Shown in pieces: positions 18,313 to 27,504 of a DNA stretch of 38,998 nt. Position 1 is the stretch's first letter. Every line of letters starts with the position of its first letter. The notes beneath the pieces were generated by a model. The model was not told where the DNA came from. It saw only the letters and a program-made list of their open reading frames with translations, and did no database searches. This stretch comes from a phage, in NCBI GenBank assembly GCA_023343535.1, contig GCA_023343535.1_3944.1; one strand, 5' to 3'. The translations under genes were made by a program, and so were the position numbers.

Positions 18313-19382
18313 TTAACCAGCACCCAATCTTTTTAGGTGGTGAGAGAAAAACTTTTGACTCACTTAATAAACACTACCCAAAAATCTTTGAACTTTATAA
18401 ACAACAAAAAGCACAAGACTGGTCAGAAGATGAGTTCCCTTTTGAACAATCACGTCTTGATTTTGAGAGTGTCCCAGCATCAATGTCAGGTGTAATGCTT
18501 GAGATTCTTAAGTGGCAATGGGAAGCAGACACTCAAGTTGCTAAGAGCTTGGCATTTGCCTTTGCACCTTTTATCTCTGATGACATATATGCAACTGCAA
18601 TTATGAAGCAATCTGAGATTGAAAACCTACATGCTCTTACTTACTCAGAGATTGTAAGGCAATGTATTAAAAACCCTGAAACAATCTTAGATGAGATTAA
18701 CCAGAATGTTGCTGTGCAAGACCGATTAAAAACTGTGAATCGTGTTCTTGAAGAATTACTGGATGAAGGTATAAACTATCGTCTGAGTTATGTTCGTGAT
18801 TCACTTCTGGACAAAGACCCTTTACACTTCCATAAAGTGATTCTGAAAGGGCTGTTTGCAGTGACTGCACTTGAAGGTATATCTTTTATGGCATCATTTG
18901 CATGTACTTTTGCACTTGATGCTCAAGATAAATTTCAGGGTATTGCTCAAGCGGTACAGAAAATTATGCTTGACGAAATCCTTCACACTAAAATTGATAT
19001 TGAAGTTTTAAAAGAAACTTTAAGAGATGATGAGTGGCAGAAAGCTTTTCAACAAATTCTTCCAGAGATTAAAGTAATCTTAGATGAAGTAGTTGAAAGT
19101 GAAGAGAAATGGTCGTATTATATCTTCTCCGAAGGACGTGCTGTAGTTGGCCTAAATACAAAGCTTCTTCATGAGTGGGTTTACTATAATGCCGCCCCAT
19201 TGTATGATATGTTTGGCATTCCCAGAGATTTTGTAGCTCCTAAAGAACCACCTTTGAAGTACATGATTAAGAAGATGGAAATTGATAAAGAGCAGAATGC
19301 TAATCAGGAGCAACAGAACGGTGCGTACCTATTGAATACTGTTGTAGATGATTTGAATAGTGGATTTTTAGAGGTTCCTTAA
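18309..19382 (+). CDS. nrdB: ribonucleotide reductase class I, small subunit
   Basis: Ferritin-like di-iron blocks SFMASFACTF ... DEILHT (cf. SFAsIF ... DEGLH); ATGA overlap with the upstream gene. Confidence 0.8.
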   Translation: MINQHPIFLGGERKTFDSLNKHYPKIFELYKQQKAQDWSEDEFPFEQSRLDFESVPASMSGVMLEILKWQWEADTQVAKSLAFAFAPFISDDIYATAIMKQSEIENLHALTYSEIVRQCIKNPETILDEINQNVAVQDRLKTVNRVLEELLDEGINYRLSYVRDSLLDKDPLHFHKVILKGLFAVTALEGISFMASFACTFALDAQDKFQGIAQAVQKIMLDEILHTKIDIEVLKETLRDDEWQKAFQQILPEIKVILDEVVESEEKWSYYIFSEGRAVVGLNTKLLHEWVYYNAAPLYDMFGIPRDFVAPKEPPLKYMIKKMEIDKEQNANQEQQNGAYLLNTVVDDLNSGFLEVP

Positions 19383-19624
19383 TGACTTATGTAATTTACT
19401 CCAAAACTGGATGCCCTCAGTGTGAGACTGCAAAGAATTTTGCAAAAGCTCGTGGTATTGACCATGTTGTGAGAATGTTAGGGCAGGACTATGAGCTATC
19501 AGACCTGATGGATATTGCACAGATGCCAGTTCGTCAGATGCCATTCATCATGAAAACTGATGGACAAAACCTAAAACCTGTTGGTACGCTACAGAATTTT
19601 ATGGCAGAGGTGAATAATGCTTAA
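19382..19624 (+). CDS. glutaredoxin/NrdH-like redoxin
   Basis: 80 aa with CPQC dithiol motif near the N-terminus (YSKTGCPQCETAK); directly follows nrdB. Confidence 0.6.
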   Translation: MTYVIYSKTGCPQCETAKNFAKARGIDHVVRMLGQDYELSDLMDIAQMPVRQMPFIMKTDGQNLKPVGTLQNFMAEVNNA

Positions 19625-19823
19625 ACGCCTTTGGGAAGGTTTGGTTGTTGATGCACCAGCTATTGTGATTGGTATGCTTATTGTTAACCTATTTACTGAC
19701 TTTGAACAAGGTTCATTGTTTGGAGCCATGTTACTATGGGTTATCTTTGAAATATTAGAGATACAGTTAGGTATCACTGAAAAACTAAGAGAACTCTTTG
19801 CGAAGTTTTCTAAAAAGATTTAA
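19617..19823 (+). CDS. small membrane protein
   Basis: 68 aa with a hydrophobic segment (VVDAPAIVIGMLIVNLF ... AMLLWVIF). Confidence 0.4.
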   Translation: MLKRLWEGLVVDAPAIVIGMLIVNLFTDFEQGSLFGAMLLWVIFEILEIQLGITEKLRELFAKFSKKI

Positions 19824-19831
19824 AATGAAAG

Positions 19832-19852
19832 GGTCTCTTCGGAGACCTTTTT
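19832..19852 (+). terminator. intrinsic terminator (UUCG tetraloop)
   Basis: GGTCTC-TTCG-GAGACC then TTTTT. Confidence 0.6.
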
Positions 19853-19871
19853 AGCATGTAAAGGGGCAATA

Positions 19872-22016
19872 ATGAACAAAGTACAGATTATTAAAAAGAA
19901 TGGCTCACTCGAAGAACCTGATATCAAAAAAGTTTTAGCAGCAGTCACAAAGTCAGCTAATAGGGTTGGGTATAAAGAACTCCCACCAGATGTTACCCAA
20001 GCTCTTGAGTCAGCATTTATGAGGATTCTGGTAAAGTCCACTAAGCAGAATAATTTGCTAATTTCTGTAAATGATATTCACAGTATTGTTGAGGGTGCTT
20101 TGGCAGAAGTCAATCACGAGATTTATGAGTCTTACTCAACATATAGAAATTACCGTAAAGAGGTTGCTCAAAATTGGGATGAACTCTACCAGAAGACCAA
20201 AGATACACTCTTCTTAGGTGACCGAGAAAACGCTAATTTTGACAGCAGTTTAATTTCTACAAAAGGCTCAATTATTCGTGGTTATCTGACTAAAGAAATC
20301 TTTAAACAGTACCATTTAACACCAGAGGAACTTGAAGCCATTGAAAAAGGGTTTATCTATATCCATGATTTAAGAGACCTAATTTTTGGTGGTATCAACT
20401 GTTGCCTGTTTGACATTGGTAAAGTCCTGAAAGGTGGCTTTGAAATGTCTGGCATCGAATATTGTGAACCAAAGTCTGTGCTGTCGGCCTTACAGGTTAT
20501 TGGTGACGTAGTTCTTTCAGCAACTGCACAGCAATTTGGTGGCTTTACTTTAGCAGAGATTGATAAGGTACTTGTACCGTATGCTAAGAAGTCTCTACGC
20601 TATCATGCTGAGAAAGCAGCATCGTATGGTATTCCTAAAGAACATTACCATAATTATGTCATGGGGCAGCTACAGATTGAACTAACTCAAGGTTTCCAGT
20701 CACTTGAAATGAAGCTAAATACTGTACCTTGTAGCCGTGGGGATTTTGCATTCACAACTTTGACATTCGGGTTACTTGACTCAGATATGTCCAATGAAGA
20801 TAACCGACTGCAATATATGATTGCAAGTACTCTCCTAGATGTTCGTATGAATGGACAAGGTAAGAGCAAGAAACCTGTTGTATTCCCTAAACTGGTTTAT
20901 ATTTATGACCAGAAGAGACATAATGAGAATATCTGTCAAGGCCACCTGTACAGTAAAGCTATAGAGTGTTGCTCTAAAGCAATGTATCCAGATTTCTTAA
21001 GTGTATCTGGTCATGGTGCTGTAGCAGAAGCTTTTGAGCGTTCTGGCAAGGTAATTTCGCCGATGGGTTGTAGAGCCTTCTTATCTCCATATCTTAATGA
21101 GGATGGGGAAGAGTTCTACGTTGGTCGTGCTAACATTGGTGCTGTATCTTTGAACTTGCCAATGATTTACCAGTATTCTAAAGAGAATGGTTTAGATTTC
21201 TGGAAAGAGCTTGATAAGTACCTAGAAATGATTCGCAGCTTCCACAAGAAACGCTACGAAATGATTGCTAATATGCCAGCAAGTTCTAACCCTCTTGCAT
21301 TCACACAAGGTGGTCTGTACAAAGGGAATAAGAAGCCTACTGACAAGGTTGGCTGGGATATCGTGAAGTCCTTCACAGCTTCTTTTGGGGTTACTGCGCT
21401 TGATGAGCTATCTGTTCTTGCTGAAGGTAAACGACTTCATGAAGTTGGAAGCTGTAGTTTTGCATATGATGTTCTGGAATATATCAACATGAAGACTGAA
21501 GAGTTTAAAAATGAAGATGGCTTCTTATATGCAGTCTATGGCACTCCAGCAGAATCACTTTGTGGAACTCAGCTAAAACAGTTCAGAGAAATGTTTGGTG
21601 TTATCAAAGGTGTTTCTGATAAGGAATATTTTACAAACAGTTTCCATATGAATGTTGCAGCAGACATCTCACCATTTGAGAAGCAGGACTTAGAAGAGCC
21701 ATTCTTCCATATCTGTAGAGGCGGCAGAATCCAGTATGTAAGGGTAGCTAACCCAGAAAACTTAACAGCACTTAAAAGTTGTATTACAAGAGGGATGTTG
21801 AAAGGTTTTTATCAGGGACTTAACTTTGACTTAGCAATCTGTGAACATTGTGGTAACAGACCAAAGGCTGATGTTGAAGAATGTGAGGTCTGCCATTCAC
21901 ATGACATCTCTGTGATTAACAGAGTGTGTGGGTATCTAGGATGGACTAAGATTAAAGGTGAATCCCGAATGAACGATGCAAAAATCGCTGAGATTCGTGA
22001 CAGGATTTCTATGTAA
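19872..22016 (+). CDS. nrdD: anaerobic ribonucleoside-triphosphate reductase (class III)
   Basis: 714 aa; C-terminal glycyl-radical block RVCGYLG; Cys-rich C-terminal region CEHCG ... CEVCHSHD. Confidence 0.85.
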   Translation: MNKVQIIKKNGSLEEPDIKKVLAAVTKSANRVGYKELPPDVTQALESAFMRILVKSTKQNNLLISVNDIHSIVEGALAEVNHEIYESYSTYRNYRKEVAQNWDELYQKTKDTLFLGDRENANFDSSLISTKGSIIRGYLTKEIFKQYHLTPEELEAIEKGFIYIHDLRDLIFGGINCCLFDIGKVLKGGFEMSGIEYCEPKSVLSALQVIGDVVLSATAQQFGGFTLAEIDKVLVPYAKKSLRYHAEKAASYGIPKEHYHNYVMGQLQIELTQGFQSLEMKLNTVPCSRGDFAFTTLTFGLLDSDMSNEDNRLQYMIASTLLDVRMNGQGKSKKPVVFPKLVYIYDQKRHNENICQGHLYSKAIECCSKAMYPDFLSVSGHGAVAEAFERSGKVISPMGCRAFLSPYLNEDGEEFYVGRANIGAVSLNLPMIYQYSKENGLDFWKELDKYLEMIRSFHKKRYEMIANMPASSNPLAFTQGGLYKGNKKPTDKVGWDIVKSFTASFGVTALDELSVLAEGKRLHEVGSCSFAYDVLEYINMKTEEFKNEDGFLYAVYGTPAESLCGTQLKQFREMFGVIKGVSDKEYFTNSFHMNVAADISPFEKQDLEEPFFHICRGGRIQYVRVANPENLTALKSCITRGMLKGFYQGLNFDLAICEHCGNRPKADVEECEVCHSHDISVINRVCGYLGWTKIKGESRMNDAKIAEIRDRISM

Positions 22017-22025
22017 AACTTGACA

Positions 22026-22064
22026 AGGTGATGTGGGTCTTGATAGGCTTACATCACCTTTTTC
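22026..22064 (+). terminator. putative intrinsic terminator overlapping a TTGACAAGGTG motif
   Basis: AGGTGATGT / ACATCACCT 9-bp stem, 16-nt loop, TTTTTC. Confidence 0.4.
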
Positions 22065-22170
22065 TTTGGATGTTAGATATGGCAGATAGTATTATTGGGT
22101 TGTTCATCGGTTCTGTCTTACTAGGGTTCTTTTTAGGACTCTCTTATTGTGAATTGAGAGATAAGTTAAA

Positions 22171-22371
22171 ATGTTTAAGATATCAAAAACGATGATATAC
22201 ATACTCCGCACTATAATCTTCTTCTTTGGGGTTAGTGCTATGGTATGGGGTTTTTCAGACCCACAATGGAATTTATCATATAATGGTCAGATGGATTTAT
22301 GGTCATGCTTCAAACCATTTTTAGGGTTAGCTATAGTATTCAGTGCATTACCAACTAAGGTGAAATTATGA
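22171..22371 (+). CDS. small membrane protein
   Basis: Hydrophobic N-terminus MIYILRTIIFFFGVSAMVWGF. Confidence 0.4.
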   Translation: MFKISKTMIYILRTIIFFFGVSAMVWGFSDPQWNLSYNGQMDLWSCFKPFLGLAIVFSALPTKVKL

Positions 22372-22763
22372 TTAAGTTAAATCAAAAACAGTTAGAGTGG
22401 CTTAAAGATTACGCCTCAGAGTGTGGCTCTTGCGAAAAGAATCACGTAAAATACTCAACATTCCATACGACCTTCACATTGTACATCAGCGACAACGTTC
22501 TAAGTGATTCCGTAGAAGATGGTGTACCGTTGCCTAATGAATTGCTTGACAAATTAGCTGTAGTCACTGGAACTTGGTCTGAAGAAGACGGTCATGAATT
22601 ATCTGACAATGTTGTCTTCTACAGTCTTGAAAATATTATGAATCCAGAGTACATTATGCTAATGACTTGTGCACAAGACTGTGTGCCATTACAAAACTTC
22701 ATTAAAGAGCACTGTGAAGAGTTTATTACTAAACAGGTTCCCTGTCAGGTAGTGTTTGAATGA
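22368..22763 (+). CDS. hypothetical protein
   Basis: 131-aa ORF between nrdD and nrdG; ATGA overlap. Confidence 0.45.
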   Translation: MIKLNQKQLEWLKDYASECGSCEKNHVKYSTFHTTFTLYISDNVLSDSVEDGVPLPNELLDKLAVVTGTWSEEDGHELSDNVVFYSLENIMNPEYIMLMTCAQDCVPLQNFIKEHCEEFITKQVPCQVVFE

Positions 22764-22797
22764 GTAAAGCAATTAAATAAATTGGTGAGGTAACTAG

Positions 22798-23283
22798 ATG
22801 AATTACATGGAGATTAGACCATTCGATACAGCTAATGGTGAAGGGGTTCGTGTAAGCCTCTTCGTAGCTGGCTGTAAACATCACTGTGAAGGCTGTTTTA
22901 ACAGGGAGTCTTGGAAGTTTAATGCTGGTAAAGTGTTCACTTATGCAAACCTATACGGAATCATCCAGTTAATGGGTGACGATGCTGTCAGTGGGCTGTC
23001 AATACTTGGTGGAGAACCTCTGGATGATAGAAATATTCAAGAGGTTACCGACATATGCAAACGTGTTAAAACTGTTTACCCAGAGAAGACTATATGGCTC
23101 TGGACGGGTTTTCAGTTACACGAAAAAATTCACCTCGATGTGATGAAATATGTTGACGTGGTGATTGATGGTAAGTATGATTCATCTAAACCAACAGTTA
23201 AACCGTATCGTGGTTCTGATAACCAAAACCTCTGGAGAAAAGAGTATGGGTGGCAAGGTGATTGTCAGTGGAGAGCCGAGTAA
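22798..23283 (+). CDS. nrdG: anaerobic RNR activating enzyme (radical SAM)
   Basis: CKHHCEGCFN (CxxxCxxC) cluster near the N-terminus; 161 aa; paired with nrdD. Confidence 0.8.
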   Translation: MNYMEIRPFDTANGEGVRVSLFVAGCKHHCEGCFNRESWKFNAGKVFTYANLYGIIQLMGDDAVSGLSILGGEPLDDRNIQEVTDICKRVKTVYPEKTIWLWTGFQLHEKIHLDVMKYVDVVIDGKYDSSKPTVKPYRGSDNQNLWRKEYGWQGDCQWRAE

Positions 23284-23324
23284 GTCTCGTCGTAAAGTAG
23301 GTTATCGGTAAAGGACACTTTACA

Positions 23325-23666
23325 ATGTTCTACAGAACAAACTTAACCGTTTGTGTCACTGAAAAAGAACTTAAAACATTTTGTGAAAAGATTGAGAGAG
23401 ATAGTGAAATGGGAATCTGGAATAGTTTTAAATCAAAAGTAAAAGCAGCATTGGCATCATTAGGTATGCTCACTGGTGTTGATGTGACCCATCTTATGCA
23501 AAACTTCAAGATGGATGAAAAGTTGGCTAATGAGATTATGAAAAGCATCTATGTAGGCCGTGGAAAAGGTGGTAAAAAACAAGCACATCGACCAACTGGT
23601 GCAGCAGCAATTAAACGTGCAGCTAAGAAAGCTCGTAACCGTAAACGTAACAAGAAGGTTAAATAA
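23325..23666 (+). CDS. hypothetical protein with highly basic C-terminal tail
   Basis: C-terminus AAIKRAAKKARNRKRNKKVK. Confidence 0.45.
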   Translation: MFYRTNLTVCVTEKELKTFCEKIERDSEMGIWNSFKSKVKAALASLGMLTGVDVTHLMQNFKMDEKLANEIMKSIYVGRGKGGKKQAHRPTGAAAIKRAAKKARNRKRNKKVK

Positions 23667-23668
23667 TC

Positions 23669-23989
23669 ATGAACAAAGTTTATAACACTCGTAAATTACA
23701 GATTTTCGTACTGTGCCAATTTATGGCTAAAGAGTATAACTACTACTACTGTGGTACAGGGTTCATTAGTGATGATGACGGCTCATATCTACCATTCAAA
23801 GAGGCTGTAAAACTCTTCAATGAAGAGGAAAGCTCTAAGAAAGATATTGAAAAGGTTAAGCTAACCTACAGCAAGAAAGATAAGAAGATTATCTGCCTAG
23901 ATAACTTTGTAAAAGTTACTGGAGAAGCAAAAGAGTTTATGGATGAGAGTGAAATCTCGTTCACAAGCATCTTGAAAGTAGCTCAGTAA
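23669..23989 (+). CDS. hypothetical protein
   Basis: 106-aa ORF followed by terminator 24003-24026. Confidence 0.45.
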   Translation: MNKVYNTRKLQIFVLCQFMAKEYNYYYCGTGFISDDDGSYLPFKEAVKLFNEEESSKKDIEKVKLTYSKKDKKIICLDNFVKVTGEAKEFMDESEISFTSILKVAQ

Positions 23990-24002
23990 ACAAATACTAT
24001 AA

Positions 24003-24026
24003 GGGAACTGTAAAGGTTCCCTTTTT
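24003..24026 (+). terminator. intrinsic terminator
   Basis: GGGAAC / GTTCCC stem, 7-nt loop, TTTTT. Confidence 0.55.
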
Positions 24027-24040
24027 ATTTTGGAGATAAT

Positions 24041-24556
24041 ATGTACCTGTCAAACCTGAAACGTTCTGCTGCAATGTCAGTGTTAAGACTCAGTTTTGAG
24101 GAACGTCAAGAGTTCATTGACTCCCACCAATACGACCCTTCTAACTCCAATCACATGATTCTCTGGAATCGTGACAGTACTCGTGAAAGAGCACTTGTCC
24201 GTTATTACCCACACTACACAATAGATAACCTATATGAATGGTGTGTTGTGAAGAACACTATTGCAACACTGAACAATCTTTGCAGGTATACAGGTAAGCA
24301 AACATTTACATTAGGCCACCACAAACCTGTTACAAAGGGTGGTGAGCATCACTGTGCAAACTGGTTTATCCAGACTAAACTTGATAACCAGAAGCAAGGA
24401 GATAACCTTCTAAGCACTCCTAAGATGACCTATGAAGAGCAAGAGAAATATATCAAAAATAATATGCCAGATGTGCTTGACAACAACTATACAGATTTGG
24501 CAATATCTCTCCTGTTGAAGTTCGAGACAGTTTATAGGGCGACTTACAATGGCTAA
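24041..24556 (+). CDS. HNH endonuclease-like protein
   Basis: GHHKPVTKGGEHHCANW ... N fits the HH-x-P-x3-GG-...-N HNH pattern. Confidence 0.4.
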   Translation: MYLSNLKRSAAMSVLRLSFEERQEFIDSHQYDPSNSNHMILWNRDSTRERALVRYYPHYTIDNLYEWCVVKNTIATLNNLCRYTGKQTFTLGHHKPVTKGGEHHCANWFIQTKLDNQKQGDNLLSTPKMTYEEQEKYIKNNMPDVLDNNYTDLAISLLLKFETVYRATYNG

Positions 24557-24827
24557 AGAGAAGTGGGAGATTTTACCATTAGTCAGTGAAGGTGGTAATG
24601 GTTGTGAAATGTACATGATACGTGGTCATGTTCCAGAACCAATTGCACTTGAGATGGTAAACAACTTTACAGATGGCTCTTACAAAGACTTAGGGGAGCC
24701 AACTATAAAGCAGCAATGGGTAAAGCCTGTACCAGACAGCACAGGTAACTGTAGTGTACTTTATCACGTTGTAGACCCTGTAAAATGCAAATCTGCAATG
24801 GCAGTAACAAACGTAACTTTTGATTGA
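24549..24827 (+). CDS. hypothetical protein
   Basis: 92-aa ORF overlapping the upstream stop. Confidence 0.4.
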   Translation: MAKEKWEILPLVSEGGNGCEMYMIRGHVPEPIALEMVNNFTDGSYKDLGEPTIKQQWVKPVPDSTGNCSVLYHVVDPVKCKSAMAVTNVTFD

Positions 24828-24836
24828 GAGAAAATT

Positions 24837-25292
24837 ATGATTTTTTGCAGCTTCCAAAAAAGAATTATTGAGATTCTATACAATAAGTTTGGGACAGATA
24901 ACACATTTGACTCAAATGAAGCTATTGAAGCCCTACAAGAAGGAAGTGATTACATCAAAAAACAGCCAATAGCAAACATCAGGTACTACTTGACTCAGAT
25001 GAGAAAGTGGGGTGTGCTCATCGTGGTAGGACAGATTAAGCAACAAGGGAGGATGCTCATCAACCAATTAAATAGAGGTTTTATTGAGAAGCACATTCAG
25101 CTAGACTATTTACTTAAAGAGCCACGAAACCAACGTGAAGAGCAGCAAAAAGACTTAAGTGGTGGTGTAGGTGTGTCTCCAGACATAAAATTCTTTATTG
25201 GTGAGTTGATGTTTGATACACTCCAAGATGCTGTTGAACACTGCAAAAAGTATATTATCAAAGTAAAACGTGCAAAAATTATTTGGGAGTAA
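24837..25292 (+). CDS. tandem paralog family member A1 (unknown function; winged-helix-like N-terminus inferred)
   Basis: Shares N-terminal (MIFCxxQKxxIEILYxxFGTxNTFDSNEAIxAL), central (GRxxINQLNRxFxEKHIQL) and C-terminal (EHCKxxxIKVKxAKxIWE) blocks with 25714-26178. Confidence 0.6.
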   Translation: MIFCSFQKRIIEILYNKFGTDNTFDSNEAIEALQEGSDYIKKQPIANIRYYLTQMRKWGVLIVVGQIKQQGRMLINQLNRGFIEKHIQLDYLLKEPRNQREEQQKDLSGGVGVSPDIKFFIGELMFDTLQDAVEHCKKYIIKVKRAKIIWE

Positions 25293-25296
25293 TAAC

Positions 25297-25692
25297 ATGT
25301 TTGAGCTTCTGAAGGTTCTGTATATAAATTTTGGCTATGATAAAACATTTTCTGGCTCACAACTAACTAAGGTTTTTAATAAATATCTACCACATGCTTC
25401 AATCAGGGATAAAGCTAATTGGTCTCACAGATTACGTAAAAGTGGGTACATTAGTGTTGTTGGAGCGACAGGATTTAATAATGAGTATCTTATGAGAATC
25501 AATGAAAGCAAAGCTAAAAATGTGCTTTTAAATTGTAATGACTATCAACAAAAGGATGAAGAGGTCAGTGTAGGTGAAGTAGGGTACTTCATAGGTGACA
25601 TACACTTTACCAGTATGGAGGCAGCAGTTGAGCATTGTAAGAGGACGGTTATCCAAACAAAAAGAAAGCGTATTGTTTGGGAAGAAGTTTAA
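25297..25692 (+). CDS. tandem paralog family member B1 (unknown function)
   Basis: ATG at 25297, 4 nt after A1 stop. Shares ELLKVLYxxFGYDKTF and AxEHCKxxxIQxKRxxxVWE with 26183-26563 and the C-terminal block with the A members. Confidence 0.55.
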   Translation: MFELLKVLYINFGYDKTFSGSQLTKVFNKYLPHASIRDKANWSHRLRKSGYISVVGATGFNNEYLMRINESKAKNVLLNCNDYQQKDEEVSVGEVGYFIGDIHFTSMEAAVEHCKRTVIQTKRKRIVWEEV

Positions 25693-25713
25693 ACATTTGA
25701 TTAGGAATACACT

Positions 25714-26178
25714 ATGATTTTTTGCAATTTACAGAAGCACGTAATAGAGATTTTATACAAAACCTTCGGGACAGAAAACACTTTTGACTCTAACGAAGCA
25801 ATTGACGCATTAAGAGAGAATAGCCTTTTTATACGAGGCCAGTCAATCAGTAATACCCGTGGGTATCTAACAATGTTAAGACAGTCTGGTGTACTACTGA
25901 CTGTAGGGCAGGTAAAAAGCAAAGGTAGACTAAGTATTAATCAATTAAATCGGGCCTTTATGGAGAAGCACATACAACTGTCAAGGATGCTAGATAACAC
26001 GCGTGAAGAGTTGGGGAGTTCACAAAAATCAAACTTATCTGAGGTTAAAGATGTTGATGTACAACCTGACGTAAGATACTTTATCGCGGATGTTATGTTT
26101 AAAACACTAGATGAAGCTATTGAGCACTGCAAAGAGCATCTTATTAAAGTTAAACATGCAAAAGTTATTTGGGAGTGA
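25714..26178 (+). CDS. tandem paralog family member A2
   Basis: Roughly half of residues identical to A1 by eye; same conserved blocks. Confidence 0.6.
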   Translation: MIFCNLQKHVIEILYKTFGTENTFDSNEAIDALRENSLFIRGQSISNTRGYLTMLRQSGVLLTVGQVKSKGRLSINQLNRAFMEKHIQLSRMLDNTREELGSSQKSNLSEVKDVDVQPDVRYFIADVMFKTLDEAIEHCKEHLIKVKHAKVIWE

Positions 26179-26182
26179 TGTT

Positions 26183-26563
26183 ATGATTGAACTGTTAAAA
26201 GTCCTGTATAATGAGTTTGGCTATGATAAAACATTTACTTGCTCACAGATACGTAGTATCCATGACAAGGAATTTCCAGATGTATCCAAGACAAACAAGT
26301 CAACTCGGTTCAATCGTCTTCGCCAGAGGGGTTACATTAAAATAGTTGGATACAAGAAGAACTCTTTCGAGTATGTAATGCAGATTAACAGAGAAGTATC
26401 AAGTAAAATACTTGAAGAGCCAACAGCCGAAGAACAAAAGATACAAGATGGTGAAGTTCGCTTCTTTGTGGAGAAGGAAAGTTTTGGGTCAATAGATGAA
26501 GCTATCGAATATTGTAAAAAGAACATTATCCAGATAAAGCGTAGAAAGGTTATTTGGGAATAA
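26183..26563 (+). CDS. tandem paralog family member B2
   Basis: ATG at 26183, 4 nt after A2 stop; homologous to B1 with conserved C-terminal EYCKKNIIQIKRRKVIWE. Confidence 0.55.
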   Translation: MIELLKVLYNEFGYDKTFTCSQIRSIHDKEFPDVSKTNKSTRFNRLRQRGYIKIVGYKKNSFEYVMQINREVSSKILEEPTAEEQKIQDGEVRFFVEKESFGSIDEAIEYCKKNIIQIKRRKVIWE

Positions 26564-26577
26564 AGAGAGAGAAAACT

Positions 26578-27459
26578 ATGAAAACATCTATTCGTGTTAT
26601 AATTCATTCACCGACAAAAGGGTCTCATGAAGAAGAGTTTAACATCATCCAGTTCCCTTCTGGTGAGATTGGTGGACACTTTTCACAAGAGCTTGTTGAT
26701 TTTACTGCTTATGCAGCATCATCCATCAACAACGTGATTATGATTGTAAAGGGTTATGACAAAGACACATTATTTGCTGTGGCACTTGCTAAAGAAGCAA
26801 TTGACGATTTAGTACCCCATAAGTTTGCTATGAAGACTGCTATCTTTTACTATTTGCCAAATGCACGTTACGACCGTCACATGTTTAAAGGTGATGCAGC
26901 AGCTTTGAAAGTGTTTGCACAACAGGTTAATGCAATGGGTTTTGATGCAGTCTGTGCAGTTGACCCTCACAGCTATGTACCAGATAACCTGTTTAACTGC
27001 TTCCAGAGTATTCCTCAAAAGGAAATTGCAGTTCACTATGCAAATGACCCTCTAATTGATTACTTAGTAGCCCCAGATGCAGGTGCTGCTAAGAAGATTG
27101 CAGAGACTGCTAAAGAGGTGGATAAACCATACATCACAATGTCTAAAGTACGTAACCTCAAGACTGGTGAAATTACTGGTATGCGAATCCTTGATGATGT
27201 TGATTTGACAGATAAAACCGTCATGATTCTGGATGATATTTGTGATGGAGGACAAACCTTCATAGAAGCAGCTAAACATCTTCGTGAAGCAGGTGCAAAA
27301 CGTGTGGAACTCTATGTAACGCATGGTATCTTCTCTAAAGATGTTGAAAACCTTCTTGACAATGGTATCGACCATATTTACACTACAAACTCTTTAGGCG
27401 AAGCTAAAGACCGTGGCTTAACACATTATAGTCAAGTTACTGTAGCAAACCTTGATTGA
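26578..27459 (+). CDS. ribose-phosphate pyrophosphokinase (Prs)-like protein; candidate ADPR-pyrophosphate synthetase (Adps) of an NARP1-type module
   Basis: C-terminal block VMILDDICDGGQTFIEAAKHLREAGAKRVELYVTHGIFS closely parallels the canonical Prs PRPP-binding region (VLVDDMIDTGGT ... GAKRV ... THPIFS). ORF-track start 26554 is TTG; ATG at 26578 follows GAGAGAG. Confidence 0.75.
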   Translation: MKTSIRVIIHSPTKGSHEEEFNIIQFPSGEIGGHFSQELVDFTAYAASSINNVIMIVKGYDKDTLFAVALAKEAIDDLVPHKFAMKTAIFYYLPNARYDRHMFKGDAAALKVFAQQVNAMGFDAVCAVDPHSYVPDNLFNCFQSIPQKEIAVHYANDPLIDYLVAPDAGAAKKIAETAKEVDKPYITMSKVRNLKTGEITGMRILDDVDLTDKTVMILDDICDGGQTFIEAAKHLREAGAKRVELYVTHGIFSKDVENLLDNGIDHIYTTNSLGEAKDRGLTHYSQVTVANLD

Positions 27460-27468
27460 AAGTTTATA

Positions 27469-27489
27469 GGGGCTTAAAAGCCCCATTTT
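27469..27489 (+). terminator. short hairpin + U-run between the Prs-like and NAMPT-like genes (attenuator or weak terminator)
   Basis: GGGGCT-TAAA-AGCCCC then ATTTT. Confidence 0.35.
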
Positions 27490-27504
27490 GAGAGAGATTA
27501 AAAG

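Noticed and set aside
15765-22016. Group I introns or inteins in nrdA/nrdB/nrdD
   Set aside because: Each gene is a single uninterrupted ORF of typical length with conserved blocks in normal order; no intervening structured non-coding segment was seen.
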